Virus record (IMG/VR): IMGVR_UViG_3300044707_000140
Span: 1 to 64,000 of that record
Strand: one strand, 5' to 3'
DNA from: a virus
Length of the DNA: 64,000 bases
The first letter of the stretch is position 1, and each line of letters starts with the position of its first letter. The translations under genes and the position numbers were made by a program. Positions 22,626-32,597 of this stretch are shown here, one piece after another. The notes under the pieces are model-generated. The model worked only from the letters and a program-made list of their open reading frames with translations. It did not search any database and was not told where the DNA came from.

Positions 22626-25600
22626 TTATAGATTTTTGAACGCTTTAGCAACTGCTCCATTTTTACCTTCCTCATTCTTTCCTTTTTTTCTAGTAGAAAC
22701 AACTCTTCCAGAAGCATCATACAGGTGTTCGTATCCAGGAGCAAGAGTAGCATCAGACCCTTTACCTGAAGAAAGAGATCCTTCCATGTTAAATTCCTGA
22801 AGAGGGTTCATGTTCACAGCTCTAAAGCGAGGATCAAAACGGTAGTTGTACATGTTCTCATATACAGCTAATGTTCTGTTTTCCAGCTTGTTCTGAGCAT
22901 ATTTAGCAGCAATAGAATTAAGGGCAGCCTGTGTTGTAGCCTTTGTATTAGAAAGAGCTTGAGCCTGTCTTTGTGCTTGAGTATCAAGGATTTGTAAGTT
23001 TTGAAGCTTAGCTTGGTTAAGCAAGTTTCTATTCTCAGAATACACTCTTTGTTTCTCAGCTTGGTTCAGTCTAAACTGCTCACCTAACACCTTTTGATTA
23101 GCTGCATACTTCTGAGCATTCAGAGAAGCTAGAGCTGCAGGGTTATATCCAACAAGTCTTTGTGTAGCATTATAGTCAGCCTGATTAGCATTTAGAATAT
23201 CCTGAAGAGATATGTCCATAGGAACACCAAGTTCAGGAGTAAACTTCTGAGCAGGCACAGGTTCTACCTGATTTTGAGATAAAGCATACATCTCACCTAA
23301 TAGCTGGTTAGCATCTAATCTTTCAGCATCAGAAGGTCTTAGATAGGGAAGTATTTGATTTAAATAAGAAAGTGCACTTAGTCCACGATTTGGTGGAATA
23401 ACTGGTGCAACATTTGCTTTTGTAGGTGTTGCAGAAGGTTTAGGAAGATCTAAAGGAGGAATTGTTTTAAGTGTACGAGGAAGACCTCCTGTTTTAGGTC
23501 TAAGTATTTCACCAACACCTTGCCAACCAGCACCAAGTTTAGAGTCTACAAATGGATCTCTACCATATAAAGCTCTGTGCCTAGTCTCAATTAATGGTCT
23601 TGATTTAGGATTGGTAAGTAGAAACTCTTGGAACTCTTTATTACCCTTACCCTTAAATCCAAGAGCATCAGCCACCTGATCCCATTCTCTTGCAGAAAGC
23701 TCAGAAGCTGTAGCTACACCAAGTCCTGTTACATTTCCTTTCCAAGGCTGAAGTCCATATCTACTTACATATCCATCATTTGTAGAACTAGCCACTCTTT
23801 GACTAGAAACTGAATCACGTACAGGTGCTGCGGTGGGTGGAACCATTTGATAAGGAAGAAGTCCTGATTGTTGAACAGGTATACCAAACTGAGCTTTAGG
23901 AATATTAGCTCCCTTCTTAGCCAAAACATCTCCTTTGTCTGTAATCTTTACAAGCTCTTCTTCTTTTGTATCATTGATAGCATTCTGAAGAGAAGCAGCA
24001 TTTATCTTCTTGTCTGCCAAGTCTTTAAGTTTTGCGTTAGCACCTTCGATGTTTGCTTGTAGAGTTCCTAGAGCAAGCTTGTCAAAAGATGATTGTACAT
24101 TCAAACTATCAAGCTCATCTATTGATTTATCAATCAACTTATTCTGCTTATTCTCTTTTTTAGATAAGTCAGCCACATAGGTCTTGAACTTCTTACCCTT
24201 AGATTTAGGATCTGCTAGCATATCAGCAAATGCTTTTGTGATTTTAATATTACCAAATACAGTGAGGTTAGACTCACCACTTGTACCATCTTGTAACTTT
24301 ACAGCTGGTTCACCACGCTCCACCTCTACAGGATTGTCACCATAGGTGATACCAATACCTGTGTTTCCTCTTCCATCAGACTCATCGTGAGATTGTCCTC
24401 TGAACATGATAGTTTCTCCTCCCTCAGGAAGATAAGGATTCTGAGACATAGTCTCTGCATATCCACCCCAGTGAGTTTGTAGTTCACCACCCATTTGCAT
24501 ATCTGGTCTTCCTGTAAACATTGCTCTTGCACTAGGAGGAGTGTATTCTTTCAGGTGACCACCAGCTCTGAGCATATCAGCATCAGCTGGGGGCTTAAGA
24601 AGGTCTTTCAACTTATGTTCTCCAAAGGTGGTAATCACCTGTGGTTGCCATGTGTGACTCATCCAAGCATAAGGGGATGTAGTTCCACCATCTTGCATGA
24701 AGCTTCTATTCATATTTTGAATAGCCATACCTGTAGATTGACCTACAATATTGCTTATATTCTTATCACGTCTTTCTCCTGCAGCTTCTGTTTTCTCTGC
24801 CTTTTGATCTAAAGCACTACCAATCACTCTACCAGCTACTTTGAATATTGGTCCAGTGCCAGGAATCAACATACCAACCGCTTCTCCAATTCCTGAACCT
24901 ATATCACCACCACCATCATTAAAAGCTCCTAGTTGATCAATAGCACCAAATATTTCATTACCTCCCTGCTGGTTCATAAATGTCTCAAAACCACCTTGAG
25001 CTTTTTTAAGCTTACCACCTTTCTTATAATTCTTCACCTTAGAAGTATCATTCAAAGGTTCATATCCAAGATCTGTGTATAGAACACCAGGATTGTACAT
25101 ATTTTGAATCTCTGTTGGATTACCACCAATCACTGCACCATCTTGAGCAAGTACGTTTGTACCTACACCATAAGAAGGAAACATTTGTTCTGGTTGAAAT
25201 TCTACATCTTCTGGTCTAACATATTGTCTTCTAGGCTGTTGTACAGGTCTACTAGCAGCAGCTTGAGAAAATACATCTGTAAGCTTTTCTTGTTGTATAG
25301 TTTGTTCCAGAAGATTTTTTGCCTCTTTAGATTTTTGTATACCACCAACAATCTGTCCTAAAACAGGAATACCCTTAGCCCAATTTTTAGGTTTCTTTGC
25401 TGTGTTAGACATACCTATAGATGTAGGCATGGCACTAGGTGTAATAGTTTGAGAAGGCATTCCAGCAGTTAACTGTTGTGCAGTTGGTATCTGTATTCTA
25501 GGAAGACCACCTGTACCTACCTGTGCTTTTGGAATCTTCTTACCTTTCTTAGCAGCTCCTGATTCAGCTAATGCACTAACCATTTGCATCATTTGATCAG

Positions 25601-25892
25601 AACCACCACCACCACCTTGTGATTGAGTGTTCTGTTGTGCTTGAATAGCAGCAAGTTGTCTACGTTCAGCATCTGTCATACCTGTTGCAGCATAATTAAC
25701 ATCAGACTGCATTCCATAGACATCTATAGGAGTAAAGGGAGCTGGAGCTTCACCACTTGTCATATATGCGCCAATCTGAGCCTTCTTTAAAGCTTTACCA
25801 TGTTTAGCCATAAATGCTTCTTCTGTAGGAAACTTCTTGTAGAATTCCTTTTCAGACTTAACACCAGCAATTTTGAGCATCTCTTTTTTCAT
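22626..25892 (-). CDS. Cargo protein with repeated [AKQ]-x-GG motifs
   Basis: 1088 aa. G.SH......G..I......VEVE.GE motif typical of crAss-like cargo 1; low complexity; Q/A-rich coiled C-terminus. Confidence 0.7.
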   Translation of the reverse strand: MKKEMLKIAGVKSEKEFYKKFPTEEAFMAKHGKALKKAQIGAYMTSGEAPAPFTPIDVYGMQSDVNYAATGMTDAERRQLAAIQAQQNTQSQGGGGGSDQMMQMVSALAESGAAKKGKKIPKAQVGTGGLPRIQIPTAQQLTAGMPSQTITPSAMPTSIGMSNTAKKPKNWAKGIPVLGQIVGGIQKSKEAKNLLEQTIQQEKLTDVFSQAAASRPVQQPRRQYVRPEDVEFQPEQMFPSYGVGTNVLAQDGAVIGGNPTEIQNMYNPGVLYTDLGYEPLNDTSKVKNYKKGGKLKKAQGGFETFMNQQGGNEIFGAIDQLGAFNDGGGDIGSGIGEAVGMLIPGTGPIFKVAGRVIGSALDQKAEKTEAAGERRDKNISNIVGQSTGMAIQNMNRSFMQDGGTTSPYAWMSHTWQPQVITTFGEHKLKDLLKPPADADMLRAGGHLKEYTPPSARAMFTGRPDMQMGGELQTHWGGYAETMSQNPYLPEGGETIMFRGQSHDESDGRGNTGIGITYGDNPVEVERGEPAVKLQDGTSGESNLTVFGNIKITKAFADMLADPKSKGKKFKTYVADLSKKENKQNKLIDKSIDELDSLNVQSSFDKLALGTLQANIEGANAKLKDLADKKINAASLQNAINDTKEEELVKITDKGDVLAKKGANIPKAQFGIPVQQSGLLPYQMVPPTAAPVRDSVSSQRVASSTNDGYVSRYGLQPWKGNVTGLGVATASELSAREWDQVADALGFKGKGNKEFQEFLLTNPKSRPLIETRHRALYGRDPFVDSKLGAGWQGVGEILRPKTGGLPRTLKTIPPLDLPKPSATPTKANVAPVIPPNRGLSALSYLNQILPYLRPSDAERLDANQLLGEMYALSQNQVEPVPAQKFTPELGVPMDISLQDILNANQADYNATQRLVGYNPAALASLNAQKYAANQKVLGEQFRLNQAEKQRVYSENRNLLNQAKLQNLQILDTQAQRQAQALSNTKATTQAALNSIAAKYAQNKLENRTLAVYENMYNYRFDPRFRAVNMNPLQEFNMEGSLSSGKGSDATLAPGYEHLYDASGRVVSTRKKGKNEEGKNGAVAKAFKNL

Positions 25893-25893
25893 G

Positions 25894-26670
25894 TTATTGG
25901 TATTTATCTAACCATCCACCCTTGGTTGGTTTGTTATAGTTTGTAAAGTTAAGCAATTGGTCTAGCTTCTTAATGGGTTGAGCATCAGCATTATTTACAC
26001 TCACACCACCTTTAGCCATAGGATATTCTGTCACATATTCTCCATCAAACTCATAGTCTTCTCCTGGTTCCATGTATTGGACATCTCCTGTGTCAGATAT
26101 TCCGAGGAGGGGTTGATCTACACCCTCCATAGTGATTACATTTGAAGGGATGATGACAGGGCTTCCTACATTCTCAGGGTTCCAATATCCCATGGGATCT
26201 ACAGGAATATCACTACCATCCTGACTAATAGTCTTAGGTTTGAAGTCTAGTCCTGCTTGGTAGTATTTCATTTCCTGACCATTCTGTGCACTAGCCTTGG
26301 TCTTCTTAGCATAGGGACCGTTAGCAGGAGCAGCCCCTGATACACGTGCGTATGTGAATCCTACAGCACCAGGAAGAGATCCTCCCATAGCTAATTGCAT
26401 TGGGATAGGTTTAACACTGTCTCCCAACTGAGCCATAGGAACTGTTTGGTTAGCACCAGCCATAGCAGGCATGATGTTACCACCATCTTGAAACTGTCCA
26501 CCCCATGCAGGGCTGTAGTTACGTCCTTTGGTGTTGTATGCCCACCCTTTGAATCCAGGAGGCAGGCTCACATCAGAGTTGTTAGCGTTAGGTTTTTTAC
26601 CATAGTTATCTTTGGTCTTTTGTTTCAAGACCAATCCTCCTTGTTCATATTTATCTAACCAATTAGCCAT
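25894..26670 (-). CDS. Small cargo-type protein with GG motifs
   Basis: 258 aa. IPSNVITM.GV.....G...M.PG.DY.F.G..V.EYPMAKGG domain; WLDKY at both termini. Confidence 0.6.
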   Translation of the reverse strand: MANWLDKYEQGGLVLKQKTKDNYGKKPNANNSDVSLPPGFKGWAYNTKGRNYSPAWGGQFQDGGNIMPAMAGANQTVPMAQLGDSVKPIPMQLAMGGSLPGAVGFTYARVSGAAPANGPYAKKTKASAQNGQEMKYYQAGLDFKPKTISQDGSDIPVDPMGYWNPENVGSPVIIPSNVITMEGVDQPLLGISDTGDVQYMEPGEDYEFDGEYVTEYPMAKGGVSVNNADAQPIKKLDQLLNFTNYNKPTKGGWLDKYQ

Positions 26671-27536
26671 TATTTGTAAGAGATTTGGGCTGGTGTAATA
26701 ATAAACTGAGATACCAAGTGAGCATCAAAACGATTGTCAAGGATGTGTCTCACTTTCAACTCTTTAGCTCTCAGGGGCTCCTTCTTGAAAGATCTCTTGC
26801 CATAGTCCATGTTAGCCTGGTTTACCACCTTATCCAAAGATAAGGACTCACATGTACGTACGAAAAGAGGTTCCTGTTTATACTTAACCAATGACCAGAA
26901 CGTGTTGTACTGGTAGAAGTTATCACTCTTAGTAAACGTAATTGTCTTACTATCAGTGTTATATATAGGATACTTCAAGTAGTCCTTGAGGTTGTTGATT
27001 GGTTTAGGAACCAACTCTAGGATACCAGTGGACTGCTGACCATTATATAACACAGCCTTATTGAACCAAGCGTTGTCAGTTTCTATCTTGCGGTTGTCAT
27101 CAGATATACCATCTGGATCAGGGAAGTATCTATATGCCTTGGTATAATCCTGTACACTCTGAAGAATCTCATCCTGATACTGGTAGGCAAATGGATACTC
27201 GATGATGTAAGGTTCGATGTTTCCGTAGAAGTAGTTATACACCACTGGATTCTTCAAGTGTCTCCAGATACAAGCACTGTACAACTGTTTAAAAGTGAGT
27301 GTCACCTGTTCATTAGGTGTCACCTCAGAGATGGGGAAGTTGATAGACTTTTTACAACTACCCGTGGAAGTGATGATAATAACAGTGGCATTACTGTCAA
27401 CGCTATAAGTGACACCATCAATTAGCTCACTCTTAGGCACACCCGTAGCTATTACATTTCCAAGATTGTCAGAAATGTTAAAAGGTCCACTCCTGGGAGA
27501 GGCTTTCACTAGCTTTATGAATACAATCTGAGGCAT
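26670..27536 (-). CDS. C-terminal portion of muzzle/tail-stabilisation protein fused to an N-terminal GPFN beta domain
   Basis: After ~85 aa: IWRH..YNYFYG..EPYIIE...FNKAVLYN.QQSTG..EL...LRAK.LKVR, resembling the C-terminus of crAss-like stabilisation proteins. Confidence 0.65.
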   Translation of the reverse strand: MPQIVFIKLVKASPRSGPFNISDNLGNVIATGVPKSELIDGVTYSVDSNATVIIITSTGSCKKSINFPISEVTPNEQVTLTFKQLYSACIWRHLKNPVVYNYFYGNIEPYIIEYPFAYQYQDEILQSVQDYTKAYRYFPDPDGISDDNRKIETDNAWFNKAVLYNGQQSTGILELVPKPINNLKDYLKYPIYNTDSKTITFTKSDNFYQYNTFWSLVKYKQEPLFVRTCESLSLDKVVNQANMDYGKRSFKKEPLRAKELKVRHILDNRFDAHLVSQFIITPAQISYK

Positions 27537-27537
27537 T

Positions 27538-30500
27538 TTATAAAGGTGGTAGGGTTGTTGTTGTTGTAGTTGTTACTGGTGGTTCTGTTGTTGTAGTGGT
27601 GGTAGTACATACTATACAATCCTGACCACTTGTACAAGATATGCCACATAAGGTGATAATCACTCCTGGGTCAGAATAAGGCACCGCTTTAGTGCTAAAG
27701 CATAGGTTTTCAATAGATTCTGGTTCTATAGAAGTGTAAGAAATTTGTGCACTTCCACATTTATATCCAGCTACATAACGAATAGAATCTGTTGTGTTAT
27801 AAACAACATAACACTCACAAGGATAGGCAGTAGTGGTAGTAGTTGTTGTGCTAGTGCTAGTAGTAGTAGTTGTGATAATTTCACAAGCTACACCCTCTAA
27901 ATCACAGCCTGTATAAGCTGTTGTTGTAGTGGAGGTTGTAGATGTGGAAGTTGTTGTAGTGCTACTGGTGGTAGTGGTTGTAGTGTTTGGAACAAGATTA
28001 CCCACAACAGCTTCAAAATCTGAACAGCAATCATTGAGTCCTGAGTAGAAGAAATTGTTCTCACCAATGTACCAGTTAGGGATATAGCTATGGAAGCTTA
28101 TCCAACTCTTAGTATTGAAGTTAAAAGATACTGTCCAGCTCTTGTTACAGAAATATTCTGTATCTGTCAGGAACACTTCTGTTTTAATTAGTTTCTCTTC
28201 ACCACAGCATTCTACAGGCTTTTCTAAGTAGAACTTCTTATCTGCATCATCATATATGATATTATCCACCTTTGGAATATAGTCAAGTTTGGTTATCAGG
28301 ATGCGATCATATTTACTATCATACACCCCATGTAGACCAACACCAGTGAAATGATTGTCCACATCCAGGTTGGGGAAATAACGTAGGATTTCAAAGGCCA
28401 GATGGTCTGTAAAGAACCTGTTCATTCCTGATCCAAATCCTGATAAATCAACCGCTTGTGTACCACTGATAAGAAATACCTGACCACGTTTAGCATCTAT
28501 AGTCACTTGTCCTTGCGGTATCTTCAGGAGCATCTTGTTCTGGGTTCCTACATATCCCAAATCAGTTTCTGCAAAATCAATTGGGGGAGCTCCTCTGAAC
28601 AGTGAAGGATTACCAACATATGCTGCCTGAGGGTTGCTAGTATCAATAGTTAACAAGTTGTTGTACATCAACGTCTTGTTCTCAAATCTAGCCAAAATAG
28701 CTCTGTTCTGAATTCCATCTAAAGAGATGAGATCTCCAAAGTTTTGAGGGAAGTCAAAGTAAGATATTGCTCTGTAAACCAACCAGTTATTTACTCTGTT
28801 ATCAGCATCTATATTTTGAGGATCTGAGTAGATGGTTCTGAAAGGATACTGTGTATAACATATTGCCTTCCAGTCAAATGGTAGATGAGTGAATGTGTTT
28901 TCTCTGTTTTGCTTAGAGAATGTTACATTATAATAGTAGGTGTTGTCCTGAGCGATAGGAACGTAGCTTTCTTGCACCCAATCATCAGGAATACTTGTAC
29001 TTACATGAGGCCAGAAGTCTCCTTCTCTATTGTTAAAAGCTTGACGTAAATCAACGTTGTAAGAACTCTCACAATAGAAATAAGGGATTCCATAAGCAAA
29101 CTGGTACATCTTACCATCATAGAAAGTTCTACCATTACTAGTAATAGGAGTTTGACTATTAGGACAGTCAAGATTATTAGCCTTAATAGAGAAGAAGTTT
29201 GTCAATACAGCTGTCTCAATTGACGCATCTACAAGGATGGAACGTGCTGAGTGCCAGTATTCTGGATAAGCCACGTTACCTATCTCATCATAGAATATGT
29301 CACTATCATCAGGAGCATTCACACGGTTGTCAATAAAGAAAGGCAGTTTGGTCTTGAAGGCAAACTTGTTAATGAATGTATCACCACCAAAGAATGTAGC
29401 TGTAGCAGTTGTTGCAGGAGTGATGTCTTTTTGAAATCCTGTGTCCACTGTATCATAAGAATAAATCTGTCCGTATTGATTAACAAATATATTCTTGAGA
29501 GATCCATAATAAGAGATAACACTTATATATTCATCTTTAGCAGGAACAGAACAATTGTCTAGATTTCCATCAACACCTGCATCACTAAGTGTCATTCTAG
29601 ACCTATCATTTACAGTGCCTGATATAGTGGGGGTTTGATTAGGGAATGGAAGAGGATCTCTAGCAAAGCCAAGAGATGATTCTTTAGTTTTTAAATATAC
29701 AGAACTCTCTCTATTCCAGTTGTTTATATCCTTATTATCATTAACACCTTGTACACCAGGAATCAGGTATTGCTTGAGATCAAGTTCACGTTGCTTAACT
29801 CCTATTCCGTTAGCAATTGAATTACTATAGTCGTAGCTAGCAATTGAGTTGTAGGAATATGAATAGTTTTGTCTAGTGATACCGTTTACATATATTGTTA
29901 GATAGGCTTGATAGGCAGCAAATAGAGCAGTGGCATTGTATGCACCAGTGGTAATTACTGCTATTTGGTTAGCGCTATTTAATGCATCATTTTGAGCCTC
30001 AAGACTTACCAGTCTGTACATTGCATTATCTCTCACTTGTGTAAAGTGAGCCCTACCAGCACCAAATATTACGTTCTCTAGCTTTAGCACACCACCTAAG
30101 AATGGTTGCCCAAAGGATGTTTCAGGAGAGTTGAATACATGTCTATATTTAGATCCTTCATCTTTAAATCCATCAAGTTGACCTGGAGCACAGAAATCAT
30201 ATCCAACTTTGTCTGTTAGTTCAATACTATAACCACCATCACCACTTTTGTAGGTGGGAGGGTTAAGAGATGGTATGATTCTAACACCACCAAATAAAGA
30301 TCCATCTACAAACCACTGTCTTTGTTTAAGGGCAGACATCGTTCCATTAGGGTTGCAACATCCATTAGTTGGATTGAGAGCACAATATTCTGCCCAATCA
30401 GTATATCCTACAGGAGTAGGCAGTAAGCTTCCAGTAGCAGCATCTATTCCACAAGTACCAATAGGAGGATAGAAGTTAAATGTTGTACTATCAGAAGCTG

Positions 30501-32592
30501 CCACCGTAATCTTATACCAACTATATGTATTAGATATAATTGACCCCTTTGCTCCTTGATCAAGTGTAGGGGATGGAAAATCTAGTGCACACAGATTAAA
30601 TGACTCGTTCACAGGAAAATCACCACTTGCACCAATTGTTTTTGTAACACTTTCTCCTGAATAACAATCAATATAGTTTATGGTACCAGGTTCTGTTGCA
30701 TATACAGTGAACTGTCTACACACAGAGGATGTACTTCTAGATGCAAGAGGAACTGTGTAAGCATTACTGTTCTCTAACAAGAATGGATCTTGTCTAAGAT
30801 CGTTGTAAGGATAGTTAGGGAAATAGTATTCTTGACCCTCACGCTCATATTTACCCACATTTCTGAGGATACCCTTAGCCACGATGGACTTATTCGTGCT
30901 TCTATCACCACGTATAATCTTAAAGCCAGCTATCTGGTTTTTCTGTTCAGTGGTGAGACCAGACGCCTGAATAAGAGAACTTACTTGTTGAACATCTATT
31001 CTTACACCCATTGGGAATATTGCATCCCTTTGGATAGCCATAGAGTTTTGGCCTGTGAAGATGGCAGACTCAAATATAGGACTCACTAGAACATCTGGGA
31101 ACTTATGGTGTCTAATGGGTTGACCAGCCAAATCTCCCCACAACTCATCGTTGCAAGGATAGTCTTCTGTAGACTCCCAATAGCTAAACTCACCATATTG
31201 ATAAGGTCCTTTGTAATCTGTTGCTGAAGAATAGCCAGGAGAGAATCCTGTAACTGTAGCTGTGTTATATATCTTCCAATAGGGACTAGTTCCTGTTAAA
31301 GGATCTGGATCACCTATAAAGTCATCATTTGTTGGAGAAACAGGAGATAGGTCTAAAATGTTTGCAAGTCTACTAGGAATATGAAATCCATCAGTTTGCT
31401 TACCGTTGTTAAGCAGAAACACTATCTCAAAGGCATACACCTCATCCCTCAGATACCCTCTAAGGTTAGTGGCATTGAATGCATCAGCATATGTTTCTGT
31501 ATTAGGAATACGATAAGTTTCCCATAGAAGATTAATACCATTAGCTATCTTCTGGTAGTTAATTCTCTCTACAGATGTAAGTTGGTCCCAAACTAATATG
31601 TCACGTACAGCTGTTACATCCTGAGCAATCTCATAATATGGAAACTTCTCAAGTATATCATTGATTGTCAGACGGATGTTAGTTTTGTTCTGACCTGTAT
31701 AGGTAATCACCTGACTTAGACCATCAATGAAATAAGTGCCTATCAACTCTACAGAGGTGATAGCGTTTACAGTTTTAATAACTGCTACATTAAAATAATC
31801 ATATAGTCCTGTATTATCTAAGTTGCTGACAGTGAGCTCAATAGATCTACCCACCTGATAATTAAAATTAGCAGTGGTGATACTTGGATCAGCAATAGGA
31901 GTGGGATTGGTAACAGAGTAGTAGGAAGTGAAAGGATTTCCAGCAGGATCGGAATACTGAATAGCAAACTGATATGTACCTGCTTGAAGATCTCCTCCTG
32001 TGGTGATTCTAGTGACATCCAACTGAGGAATAATAAAATCAGGTTGAACGTTCAGTCCATTACAATCTATCTGATCACTGTACACAGGATCGCACGCAGG
32101 GGTGCCTCCTATAAGAATATAGGGTAGATTTTCTGGGTTGAGATCAATATATCTACGGGGATTAAGACCATCTGTCCAATACACCTCTGTTGTGCATTCT
32201 GTGATTCTGTGAACAGCCTTATGAATTGGATAGTTAATGTTGAAGTTGAGACAAGCGGGATTTACATAGGTGTGATAGATACAATCATTATTATCCATAT
32301 ACCCTATCTCAGAAGCACCTGTTTCTGGGTTGGTGATAAAGAATACATGTTTGCTTCTCTCTTGGATGAAGTGTGTACCTATTAATGCAAAGCCAGAAGG
32401 GAATGTAACGCAAAGTTCATTCCCTGGCTCATTCTGATAGTTAACAGAATTAGCATCAAAGTTTTCTACAGCAGCATTCAGCGCATACGTTAGCTTACCC
32501 TTAGGAATCTGGTTGAGGGTCTGATCGAGGTTTAAGCCAGTGGTAGCGTTGTTAAACTCCTGTCTAATATTGCCTTGTTCTTGCTCAGCCAT
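27538..32592 (-). CDS. Muzzle / tail stabilisation protein (P22 gp10-like), N-terminal part, with Thr/Cys-rich tail
   Basis: 1684 aa. GLNLD..YALNA start, YLRDEVYAF, IRHHKFP, IDAKRGQVF, SWTVSF..WISFHSYIP. Located next to ring/IHF genes. Confidence 0.85.
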   Translation of the reverse strand: MAEQEQGNIRQEFNNATTGLNLDQTLNQIPKGKLTYALNAAVENFDANSVNYQNEPGNELCVTFPSGFALIGTHFIQERSKHVFFITNPETGASEIGYMDNNDCIYHTYVNPACLNFNINYPIHKAVHRITECTTEVYWTDGLNPRRYIDLNPENLPYILIGGTPACDPVYSDQIDCNGLNVQPDFIIPQLDVTRITTGGDLQAGTYQFAIQYSDPAGNPFTSYYSVTNPTPIADPSITTANFNYQVGRSIELTVSNLDNTGLYDYFNVAVIKTVNAITSVELIGTYFIDGLSQVITYTGQNKTNIRLTINDILEKFPYYEIAQDVTAVRDILVWDQLTSVERINYQKIANGINLLWETYRIPNTETYADAFNATNLRGYLRDEVYAFEIVFLLNNGKQTDGFHIPSRLANILDLSPVSPTNDDFIGDPDPLTGTSPYWKIYNTATVTGFSPGYSSATDYKGPYQYGEFSYWESTEDYPCNDELWGDLAGQPIRHHKFPDVLVSPIFESAIFTGQNSMAIQRDAIFPMGVRIDVQQVSSLIQASGLTTEQKNQIAGFKIIRGDRSTNKSIVAKGILRNVGKYEREGQEYYFPNYPYNDLRQDPFLLENSNAYTVPLASRSTSSVCRQFTVYATEPGTINYIDCYSGESVTKTIGASGDFPVNESFNLCALDFPSPTLDQGAKGSIISNTYSWYKITVAASDSTTFNFYPPIGTCGIDAATGSLLPTPVGYTDWAEYCALNPTNGCCNPNGTMSALKQRQWFVDGSLFGGVRIIPSLNPPTYKSGDGGYSIELTDKVGYDFCAPGQLDGFKDEGSKYRHVFNSPETSFGQPFLGGVLKLENVIFGAGRAHFTQVRDNAMYRLVSLEAQNDALNSANQIAVITTGAYNATALFAAYQAYLTIYVNGITRQNYSYSYNSIASYDYSNSIANGIGVKQRELDLKQYLIPGVQGVNDNKDINNWNRESSVYLKTKESSLGFARDPLPFPNQTPTISGTVNDRSRMTLSDAGVDGNLDNCSVPAKDEYISVISYYGSLKNIFVNQYGQIYSYDTVDTGFQKDITPATTATATFFGGDTFINKFAFKTKLPFFIDNRVNAPDDSDIFYDEIGNVAYPEYWHSARSILVDASIETAVLTNFFSIKANNLDCPNSQTPITSNGRTFYDGKMYQFAYGIPYFYCESSYNVDLRQAFNNREGDFWPHVSTSIPDDWVQESYVPIAQDNTYYYNVTFSKQNRENTFTHLPFDWKAICYTQYPFRTIYSDPQNIDADNRVNNWLVYRAISYFDFPQNFGDLISLDGIQNRAILARFENKTLMYNNLLTIDTSNPQAAYVGNPSLFRGAPPIDFAETDLGYVGTQNKMLLKIPQGQVTIDAKRGQVFLISGTQAVDLSGFGSGMNRFFTDHLAFEILRYFPNLDVDNHFTGVGLHGVYDSKYDRILITKLDYIPKVDNIIYDDADKKFYLEKPVECCGEEKLIKTEVFLTDTEYFCNKSWTVSFNFNTKSWISFHSYIPNWYIGENNFFYSGLNDCCSDFEAVVGNLVPNTTTTTTSSTTTTSTSTTSTTTTAYTGCDLEGVACEIITTTTTSTSTTTTTTTAYPCECYVVYNTTDSIRYVAGYKCGSAQISYTSIEPESIENLCFSTKAVPYSDPGVIITLCGISCTSGQDCIVCTTTTTTTEPPVTTTTTTTLPPL

Positions 32593-32597
32593 TAGTA

